Shown: piece by piece, positions 54,910 through 64,000 of the stretch | Position numbering within the stretch: position 1 is the stretch's first letter | How the letters are laid out: the number at the start of each line of letters is the position of its first letter | Source: a bacterium | GTDB lineage: Bacteria > UBA8248 | Assembly: GCA_965213685.1 (NCBI GenBank) | Contig: CBDBZY010000016.1 | Span: 224,001-288,000, forward strand | Direction of reading: 5' to 3' | Length of the DNA: 64,000 bases | Made by a program: the position numbers and the translations under genes | The notes under the pieces: generated by a model | The model's database searches: none | What the model was told of the DNA's origin: nothing | Seen by the model: only the letters and a program-made list of their open reading frames with translations

Positions 54910-57024
54910 ATGGCTAAGAAGCAGGAAGTTCCCTCCCTCACCCCTCGAGACCTCACCCTCCCTGGTAGGTCCCTCCCTCCTGCCATGCCCCTCATCATCT
55001 CCACCCAAGACAGGTGGGACCCTCACAGCTGCAAGCTGGAGACTCACCAGCACAACAGCCAACCACAACACCTACAGCTAGTCACAGACACTCTACAGCT
55101 GCTGGGAACCATCAACAAGCCTGTGGCTGTCCTGTCCATCTGTGGCCCCTACCGCTCAGGGAAGTCCTACTTCATCTCCCGACTGCTGGGCAGGCCTGGG
55201 ACCTTTCAGCTGGGCCACAGGATGCAAGCCTGTACACGTGGAATCTGGATGGCCACCACTGTCCTGGAGTGTGAGCAGTTTGCCATAATAATGCTAGATA
55301 CAGAAGGTATCGATGCCATTAGAGCCTCTGAGACCATGGCCATGAGCTTGCTGACTGTCACCACACTCCTCAGCTCCTACCTTATCTACAACTCCAAGAA
55401 GGTGCCCCAGAAGGTGGACCTGGACAAGATGAGGTGCTTCACCCAGCTCTCCAGGTCTCTGCTCATGCAGAAAGGGGAGTCCATGAGGGCAGAGATCATG
55501 AGGAAGTTCTTCCCTCACTTTCTGTGGCTACTGCGAGATGTGACACTGAAAGTGACAGACAGAGTTGGCCAGACCATCTCAGCCACTGAGTTCCTGCACA
55601 CTCGTGTGCTGGCATCAGAAGCTGGCCAGCCTACAGAGCTGGGCAAGTCTCTTTGCAGCCTCTTCCCCTCACTGGAATGCCACACTCTTCCCATGCCAAG
55701 CATCAACCCCAAAGTCATCAAGAACATTGTGGAGCAACAGGACAAGCTGAAACCAGCATTCAACAAGGCAGTGGATCAACTGATCCAGCGAATCCTGCAG
55801 CAAGTCACGCCCAAGAAAGCCATCGATGGAGTGAGTGTGGTGGATGGCCCAGCTCTAGCTGCTCTGACCCGTGGCTATGTGGATGCCATCAACACACCAG
55901 GAGCAATACCAGGCCTGGAACAAGGCTGGCAGGCTGTCATCAAGTGGAAACTGAAGGAACTATCACACAAGCTAGTGGAGGAGTACAGGAGAGAGATGGA
56001 GGAATGTTTAGGAGACAATCTTCCCATGGAGGAGAGGAATCTGATGAGAATCCACCAACAGACACTGAGCAGGAAAAGAGAGTCACTGCAGCAGGAGATC
56101 CGTCGACTCAAGCCATTGAGTTCCACCTCTGGAGACAAAGACCCAGTCCTCAGTCAACTGGAGCAGGCAATCAGTCAGACAAACGAGGGGGGTGAGGTGA
56201 TTGGGGGGGTCCTGTTCCAGTTCACCACTCACAACTACTCCAAGTCCAAGCAGCAGTGTGAAGAGGTGCTGGTGGAAGCAGTGAAGAGCAGTGGAATACG
56301 CAAGAAGTGTCAGGAAGCCTTCATCACCTCACAGCCACTGGACATAATGGCAGAGATACAGGAGATTGAGAGGCAATACCACAGGCAAGCTGTTGGACCA
56401 GCAGCCAGTGAAGTGCTGGAGAAAGGCCACAGAGAACTGAACCAGCTGGGAGACTCACTCAAGAGAATTCCTGGCCCACCTAGTGAGGTGGAGGTCGTTG
56501 GAAAGGGACCTGATCGAGTGAAGCTGAGCTGGCAACCTCCAGAGAAGAACCCTGAGGCTGCTGAGAGCTATGTGGTGTGGAAACAAGAGGAGGGGATGGA
56601 GTGGGAGAGGGTGAGGGAGACAAAGAAGACCAAAATCCTCATCACTGGACTGAAGTCAGGGACAAAGTACCAGTTCAGAGTCACAGCCACTAATGACCTG
56701 ATTAAGAGTGTGACTATAACACAGGACTCACAGACATTGTGGTCAAAAGCTAAGATGGGAGCTATTGCTGGTGGTGCAGGAGCAATTGGTCTGTCTCTGA
56801 TGCCAGTTGCACTTGCTATTCATGTTATGAGTGATAAAAAAATGAGTATAAAAATGGCAGTAGCCATATCAGTCGCCACTGCACCAATCAGCCTCATATG
56901 TGCTCCAGTTACTGCTACTGTGGGTGGAGTTTGGTTTGCTAGGCAAATGATCAATTTGTGCTACCACAGTGGAGACCTGTCCCCAGAGAGTGATGATGAG
57001 ACGTCATGTGACTCCACAGAATGA
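54910..57024 (+). CDS. GBP-FN3-TM protein copy 9 (type A; ORF open from 54817), closest to copy 2
   Basis: Open ORF with all motifs. Confidence 0.92.
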   Translation: MAKKQEVPSLTPRDLTLPGRSLPPAMPLIISTQDRWDPHSCKLETHQHNSQPQHLQLVTDTLQLLGTINKPVAVLSICGPYRSGKSYFISRLLGRPGTFQLGHRMQACTRGIWMATTVLECEQFAIIMLDTEGIDAIRASETMAMSLLTVTTLLSSYLIYNSKKVPQKVDLDKMRCFTQLSRSLLMQKGESMRAEIMRKFFPHFLWLLRDVTLKVTDRVGQTISATEFLHTRVLASEAGQPTELGKSLCSLFPSLECHTLPMPSINPKVIKNIVEQQDKLKPAFNKAVDQLIQRILQQVTPKKAIDGVSVVDGPALAALTRGYVDAINTPGAIPGLEQGWQAVIKWKLKELSHKLVEEYRREMEECLGDNLPMEERNLMRIHQQTLSRKRESLQQEIRRLKPLSSTSGDKDPVLSQLEQAISQTNEGGEVIGGVLFQFTTHNYSKSKQQCEEVLVEAVKSSGIRKKCQEAFITSQPLDIMAEIQEIERQYHRQAVGPAASEVLEKGHRELNQLGDSLKRIPGPPSEVEVVGKGPDRVKLSWQPPEKNPEAAESYVVWKQEEGMEWERVRETKKTKILITGLKSGTKYQFRVTATNDLIKSVTITQDSQTLWSKAKMGAIAGGAGAIGLSLMPVALAIHVMSDKKMSIKMAVAISVATAPISLICAPVTATVGGVWFARQMINLCYHSGDLSPESDDETSCDSTE

Positions 57025-57815
57025 CATGACCATACTCTATGGCTAACTATAGCTGCTCTTGTGTGTACACATTCATGTACTCTCATACCTGCCACAATAC
57101 ACACAACATGCACATGTATTTTGATATGGAGTGGATGTAACTGACAAGGACAGTTATTGCCAATACAAGCCTTGTTTATATGACATTGTTAGCATGACAT
57201 TGTGTTGGCATGGCAACAGCATATAAATGAGAACCCATCAGTAGTGTGGGTGGAGCCAGAGAGGTCACCAGTGGGTAGCACACACAGCAGTGATCATCAC
57301 TGGTTGTCATGATGAGATGGGCCCCTGTCATCAAATCAACCACAATTATTATGGAGTTGCCATGTCCCCAGCCACAGAGCAATGCTAGCCTCATTCCCAG
57401 GCCTTCCCCCACATGCCAGCACAACACCACACCCAGCATGGTGGAGTGCTTGTGTGTGGAGGGCAGTCTGGGAAGAAGGCTAGAGTGATGTGGATTGAAT
57501 GACCATAAACTAATTATTATACACTGTACATGTAGTGGTGAGTGTTATGAGCACTGCTAGTGATGAGTATCATGACTTGTGTTCCTGTGTTGACTGAGTG
57601 TTGAGGTGATTGTGGTTCTCTTGGCCTGATCCACAGCAGTGGAAACATTCCAATCAAACATCTGATGATGATACCAGCACAGCGACCCTGAGACGGGAGA
57701 AGAGGAGGATGAGAAAGAGAGTGAGTACATTAAAACACCAGAGAAAGGAAGGAGAGAGGCAGGCAGGCAGGCAGGCAGGCAAGCAGACAAGCAACCAAGC
57801 AAGTAGGCAGACAGG

Positions 57816-57846
<31 letters not shown>

Positions 57847-58480
57847 CTGTATCCACTTCAGGAGAGAAGCTTCATAGATGCCATAGGGTGGGTAGTATAC
57901 ACAACATTTTGGCTATTATGCCCTCCTCAGTGTGATGTACAAACACGAGAAAGAGGTGCTCCATATTGAGGGTGACTATTAATGTCTGAGCCAGCATGCC
58001 AGGTACTACAGAGCAAGGTTAATTAGGATGCGGAGATAAAATTATGACAAGCATTGTAACATGCTGACAGGAGTTGTGCATGTACAATGCATCACAGACT
58101 ATCGACGCTGAGGTTCATGCCTGTGAGATGAGAGGTCTCCAGGAGCCTTTATATCCACTTGCTCTCCCTATAAAACTCCTGGAGACCTCTCATCCCAATG
58201 TGATAGCGAAGGAACCCCCCAGAGTGAAATTTGGGGTTCCCGGGAATAGCATTCTCTCCAGAGCGCTAGCAAGGCACACACACATCCACTGTAGCACGAC
58301 TGCACCCCATGCCACAGTATCATACATGCCACAATAAACAGAACTCAGAACCACTAATCGTAACTGAAAGTAGTTTACCAAAAATTGCGAGTAGGGGCAG
58401 AGCCTGGGAACGAGCTAGGCTAACAGGGCCTCCCTCTGCTCGAGCAAAGTTGCGCGACCTTGACCTCCGCGGCTTAGCTA

Positions 58481-58555
58481 TGGCGGACGTCAAAAACTAT
58501 GCGCAGTGAAGTATGCGCTTAATAACGAGGTGCGCCTAACAACCGGTGTTTACGG
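58481..58555. mobile_element. 75-bp insertion at a TA site, probably one end of a Tc1/mariner-type MITE
   Basis: Absent from paralogs near 10923 and 45779; ends ..tttacgg|ta. Confidence 0.45.
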
Positions 58556-59592
58556 TATTTTCGGAGTTCAAAAATCACTCAACAATATCGCGCGTGTGGG
58601 TCTGAGGACGGGCTAATCCGAACATACACGAAGGTACTATATATATTTCGCCAGGTCGCTTACGTGGCCACTCGGGCCCCCGTATGAATGCGCGCGTGAT
58701 ACAAGTGTACAGCACTCAACTAGCTGGGTAAGAACTTTTTGGACTGTGCAAGTGCTCTTCAAACTCACCTTACTGCAAGAAATCAAAAGAGGTGGCTAAC
58801 GTGCTGCGGTGGCTGACGGGATGTGATATCTTAGACGTGAGCAGTCACTGAGAGATTTTCGTAACTGAACATGCGCACCTTACATCATCATTACACAATA
58901 TCACGTAAGCAATATCCGCCACAGAGAAGCGAACATACGTTACCATACATGGAGTACCACACTCCAAATGCATCACACAGGGCAGCTATAATTATGTGTA
59001 CATGGTACTGCTAGACACATACATACAATATTGAGGAAGGTGAATTGACGTACATGTACAATACAACCTGCTCAGCTTACATTGTCAAACAATGGTCTGT
59101 TCAACTTCAACCCTCTTCAGACATAATTGTTATATCGTTTTTCACTTCACATGATCATGCAGCTCAAAGCATGTCATGTAACTGCAAGTTCATAACTCTC
59201 TAGCTTTTGCCTTGATGGGAGACAAAGTACCTGAACAAGTTCTGCCTGTCCATACTATGAGGAATAGCATATTTCCCTGCATGTATTCAGTAAACATGAT
59301 AGTATGAGAGCGCGTGTATGTGTGTTGCTACAAGATAAGAAGAGTTTCCATACAGCAGTCCTCCTTGTCAAAATCACAGAAGCAGCAGCTCTATAGCCTT
59401 GAGACTCAGCTATACTTTTGGAAACATTGCATGAATGAAGTATCCCATACAACAATATATACACACACTACTCCATTTTGGACATGCACATTGTACTCTA
59501 CTCACTAGCTACTGGTGTCATGTGTACTGCAATGTATATACAGCCCAACTTCCATTCACAGCACAAGTAGTAGGGTAGCAGCCACTAATGAC

Positions 59593-59892
59593 ATGATTAA
59601 AAGTGTGGCTGCAACGCAAGATTCATGGACAAATGATTCAAAAACTTCAGCAGTAGCTTATGGTGGTATTATAGGAAGTTTGTGCTCACTGGCCCCAGCT
59701 ACACTTGCTATTAGTAGGTTTGGGTTGAGTACAGGAGAAACAGTGACCATATCAGTTGCCACTGCACCTATCAGCCTCATATGTGTTCCAGTTACTGCTC
59801 CTGTGTTTGCAGTTTGGGCTGCTAGGGACATGATCGAGAGAGAGTGTGACTGGGGAGACCTGTCCCCAGAGAGTGATGATGAGATGTCATGA
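59593..59892 (+). CDS. Divergent hydrophobic-hairpin-only GBP derivative (99 aa); mini-gene or pseudogene
   Basis: GTPase, helical region and most of FN3 deleted; CTG>ATG creates MIKSVAATQDSWTNDSK...GDLSPESDDEMS 31 nt after the conserved acceptor. Confidence 0.5.
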   Translation: MIKSVAATQDSWTNDSKTSAVAYGGIIGSLCSLAPATLAISRFGLSTGETVTISVATAPISLICVPVTAPVFAVWAARDMIERECDWGDLSPESDDEMS

Positions 59893-61237
59893 CTCCACAG
59901 AGTGACATGTCAATACTCTATGTGTGTACAAGTTCATGTACTCTCATACCTGCCACAATAAACACAATGTGCACATGTACTTATTATGAAGTAGATGTAA
60001 CTGACAGTAACAGTAACTCTTAGAATATTTATCAATACAGACCTTGTTTTCGTGACATTGTGTTGGCATGGCAACAGCAGACTCTGAGTGAGCATCCTAG
60101 TGTGGGTGGAGCCAGAGAGCTCGAGGTCACCAGTGGATAGCACATACAGCAGTGATCATCACTAGCTGGTTGTCATGACAAGATGGGCCCCTGTCATCAA
60201 CCACAATATTATTATTATGGAGTTGCCATGTCCCAAGCCACAGAGCAGTGCTAGCCTCATTCCCAGGCCTTCCCCCACATGCCAGCACAACACCACACCC
60301 AGCATGGTGGAGTGCTTGTGTGTGGGGAGCAGTCTGGGAACAAGGCTAGAGTGATGTGAATTGATACATAGCAAATGACCGTAAACATCATAATAATTAT
60401 ACACTGTAGTGGTGAGTGTTGTGAGCACTGCTAGTGATGACTATCATGACTTGTGTTTCTCTGTGGTGACTGAGTTTTGAGGTGATTGTGGTTCTCTCGG
60501 CCTGATCCACAGCAGTGGGAACATTCCAATCAAACATCCAATGATGATACCAGCACAGCGACCCTGAGACGGGGGAAGAGGAGGATGAGAAAGAGAGTAA
60601 GTAACCAGAGGAAGAGGTACATGTATGAGAGTGGAAGCAGATAAGCAGGCTGGCAGGCCAAAGGCAGGCAGACAGATACAGACAGACATGGAATTTTGAC
60701 TCCATAGAATAACATGACAATGGCTCCTCTTGTGTGGTAGTACAACCTCTTGCACTCTCATACCTGCCATATAGCCTCCCAGGCTCTTTTCGGGCCTGGA
60801 TACGAGGCTAACCTAAACATCACATCAACCAGGTCCTTGCACTACCCCACCAGGCGGGCCACTGAATGTACCTGGCGTCCAACACTGTTGTTACGCTCAA
60901 AATATGCCATTTGCTGACTGAACTAAGTCAAACAATTACATGTACACAATGATCGTATACCCCAGCAGATGGCGGCGGTACTTTAGACCACAGAATATCA
61001 ATGACTAGACATCATTAGCGTATTCTCACAAGCCTCCAATCTACCTGCATATTTACTAGAGATCTATGGACCAGCCAAGAATGCGGATAATTATATCACT
61101 GTTACCTACAATGTACTGCCCACTCGCTACTCGGTGCCCACTACTGAACACCAGCACCGTGTAGCGCCATATACGCTAAATATTGACGGTATAGCTATTT
61201 GCTAAACACCAAAGCTATTTACTAAACATACTAGTAA

Positions 61238-61281
61238 ATATCCCCTATGTACTAGTAAACATACTAGTACATAGGGGATAT
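61238..61281. repeat. Perfect hairpin with 20-bp arms and a 4-nt loop
   Basis: atatcccctatgtactagta-aaca-tactagtacataggggatat. Confidence 0.9.
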
Positions 61282-61465
61282 ACCCTTTGCTATATCCCCT
61301 TAAAAAATTAGGGTTTTCAAATTTGGGCCAACAGCACCCCATAATTCTTTGAAGAGTAGTACGTCACAGCATAGATATCTATGGTCACGGCGGTGTGGGG
61401 GAGGTCCCTACGTTTAGAATGCGACGCACAGGTATTAGAGCCCACCAGTAGCTTTGCTCATATGC

Positions 61466-63289
61466 ATGGCTGCCTCTGGAGCCACAGCTGAGGATGTTAG
61501 TGCCTCCTCCCTCACCCCTCGAGACCTCACCCTCCCTGGTAGGTCCCTCCCTCCTGCCATGCCCCTCATCATCTCCACCCAAGACAGGTGGGACCCTCAC
61601 AGCTGCAAGCTGGAGACTCACCAGCACAACAGCCAACCACAATACCTACAGCTAGTCACAGACACTCTACAACTGCTGGGAACCATCAACAAGCCTGTGG
61701 CTATCCTGTCCATCTGTGGCCCCTACCGCTCAGGGAAGTCCTACTTCATCTCCCGACTGCTGGGCAGGCCTGGGGCCTTTCAGCTGGGCCACAGGATGCA
61801 AGCCTGTACACGTGGAATCTGGATGGCCACCACTGTCCTGGAGTGTGAGCAGTTTGCCATAATCCTGCTGGACACGGAAGGCATTGATGCCATTGGAGCC
61901 TCCGAGACCATGGCCATGAGCTTGCTGACTGTCACCACACTCCTCAGCTCCTACCTCATCTACAACTCCAAGAAGGTGCCCCAGAAGGTGGACCTGGACA
62001 AGATGAGGTGCTTCACCCGGCTCTCCAGGTCTCTGCTCGTGCAGAAAGGGGAGTCCATGAGGGCAGAGGTCATGAGGGAGTTCTTCCCTCACTTTCTGTG
62101 GCTACTGCGAGATGTGACACTGACTGTGACAGACAGAGCCGGCCAGACCATCTCAGCCACTGAGTTCCTGCACACTCGTGTGCTGGCATCACAGTCTGGC
62201 CAGCCTACAGAGCTGGGCAAGTCTCTTTGCAGCCTCTTCCCCTCACTGGAATGCCACACTCTTCCTATTCCAAGCATCAACCCCAAAGTCATCAAGAACA
62301 TTGTGGAGCAACAGGACAAGCTGAAACCAGCATTCAACAAGGCAGTGGATGAGCTGATCCAGCGAATCCTGCAGCAAGTCACGCCCAAGAAAGCCATCGA
62401 TGGAGTGAGTGTGGTGGATGGCCCGGCTCTAGCTGCTCTGACCCGTGGGTATGTGGATGCCATCAACACACCAGGAGCAATACCAGACCTGGAACAAGGC
62501 TGGCAGGCCATCATCAAGTGGAAACTGAAGGAACTATCAGACAAGCTAGTGGAGGAGTACAGGAGAGAGATGGAGGAATGTTTAGGAGACAATCTTCCCA
62601 TGGAGGAGAGGAATCTGATGAGAATCCACCAACAGACACTGAGCAGGAAAAGGGAGTCACTGCAGCAGGAGATCCGTCGACTCAAGCCATTGAGTTCCAC
62701 CTCTGGAGACAAACACCCAGTCCTGAGTCAACTGGAGCAGGCAATCAGTCAGACAAACGAGGGGGGTGAGGTGATTGGGGGGGTCCTGTTCCGCTGGCAA
62801 CCTCCAGAGAAGAACCCTGAGGCTGCTGAGAGCTATGTGGTGTGGAAACAAGAGGAGGGGAAGCAGTGGGAGAGGGTGAGGGAGACAAAGAAGACCAAAA
62901 TCCTCATCACTGGACTGAAGTCAGACACAGACTACCAGTTCAGAATCACAGCCACTAATGACCTGATTAAGAGTGTGGCTGCAACACATGACTCATGTAC
63001 AATGGAGTCAAAAGCTAAGATGGGAGCTCTTGCTGGTGGTGTAGGAGCAATTACATTGTCAATGATGCCAGTTGCAGCAGCTATTGCGAATGTGACTGCT
63101 GAAGACATGAGTGGAGGAAAAATAGTAGCCATATCAGTCGCCACTTTACCAATTAGCCTCATATGTGCTCCAGTTATTGCTACTGTGGGTGGAGTTTGGA
63201 TTGCTAGGGAAGTGATCAAGGACGGATGCTACAGTGGAGACCTGTCCCCAGAGAGTGATGATGAGACGTCATGTGACTCCACAGAATGA
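61466..63289 (+). CDS. GBP-FN3-TM protein copy 10 (unique N-terminus MAASGATAEDVSA) with an in-frame 309-bp deletion
   Basis: Open ORF; junction GGVLF|RWQPP near 62792 removes 103 codons of distal helical region and the start of FN3. Confidence 0.85.
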   Translation: MAASGATAEDVSASSLTPRDLTLPGRSLPPAMPLIISTQDRWDPHSCKLETHQHNSQPQYLQLVTDTLQLLGTINKPVAILSICGPYRSGKSYFISRLLGRPGAFQLGHRMQACTRGIWMATTVLECEQFAIILLDTEGIDAIGASETMAMSLLTVTTLLSSYLIYNSKKVPQKVDLDKMRCFTRLSRSLLVQKGESMRAEVMREFFPHFLWLLRDVTLTVTDRAGQTISATEFLHTRVLASQSGQPTELGKSLCSLFPSLECHTLPIPSINPKVIKNIVEQQDKLKPAFNKAVDELIQRILQQVTPKKAIDGVSVVDGPALAALTRGYVDAINTPGAIPDLEQGWQAIIKWKLKELSDKLVEEYRREMEECLGDNLPMEERNLMRIHQQTLSRKRESLQQEIRRLKPLSSTSGDKHPVLSQLEQAISQTNEGGEVIGGVLFRWQPPEKNPEAAESYVVWKQEEGKQWERVRETKKTKILITGLKSDTDYQFRITATNDLIKSVAATHDSCTMESKAKMGALAGGVGAITLSMMPVAAAIANVTAEDMSGGKIVAISVATLPISLICAPVIATVGGVWIAREVIKDGCYSGDLSPESDDETSCDSTE

Positions 63290-64000
63290 CATGACAATAC
63301 TCTATGGCCAGCTATAGCTGCTCTTGTGTGTACACGTTCATGTACTCCCATACCTGCCACAATAAACATAACATGCACATGTATTTTGATATATTATGGA
63401 GTGGATGTAACAGAAATTGAGTTATTTATCAGTATAAGCTTTGTTACTGACATTGTGTTGGCATGGCAACAGCAGAACCTAAATGAGCATCCATTGTGGG
63501 TGAAACCAGATAGGTTACCAATGGGTAGCGATTCCAGTGAATATAGCAGTGATCATCACTGTTTGTCATGACAAGATGGGCCCCTGTCATCAACCACAAT
63601 TGTTATGGAGTTGCCGTGTCCCCAGCCACAGAGCAATGCTAGCCTCATTCCCAGGCCTTCCCCCACATGCCAGCACAACACCACACCCAGCATGGTGGAG
63701 TGCTTGTGTGTGGAGGGCAGATTGTGAACAAGGCTAGAGTGATGTGGATTGAATGACCATAAACTAATAATTATACACTGTACATGTAGTGGTGAGTGTT
63801 ATGAGCACTGCTAGTGATGAGTATCATGACTTGTGTTCCTGTGTTGACTGAGTGTTGAGGTGATTGTGGTTCTCTCGGCCTGATCCACAGCAGCGGGAAC
63901 ATTCCAATCAAACATCCGATGATGATACCTGCACAGTGATCCTGAGACGGGGGAAGAAGAGAAAGTGAAAAAGTATAAGTATTCATTTGCAAGCATTGGA

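Overview
Animal genomic DNA with compact gene spacing, short GT-AG introns and many microsatellites; the style suggests a sponge or other early-branching animal, which is inference only. The whole window is a tandem, birth-and-death array of intronless genes encoding an unusual protein: GBP/atlastin-family GTPase (GPYRSGKS, TRGIWM, LLDTEG, WLLRD) + helical region + one fibronectin type III (FN3) domain + a Gly-rich two-helix hydrophobic hairpin + an acidic tail. There are about 14 loci: 6 full-length open copies, 1 with an in-frame internal deletion, 2 disrupted, 1 cut by the window edge and 4 fragments. The GTPase and helical parts are nearly identical between copies, whereas three FN3 patches and parts of the hydrophobic hairpin are hypervariable and shuffled between copies, which suggests a diversifying immune or recognition receptor family. 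Two head-to-head passenger genes were duplicated with it: kintoun/DNAAF2 (minus strand, 10 exons, every copy carries an apparent lesion) and ICAP-1/ITGB1BP1-like (plus strand, 6 exons, four apparently open copies). Several small non-autonomous mobile elements, an inversion and deletion-collapsed units record the history of the array.
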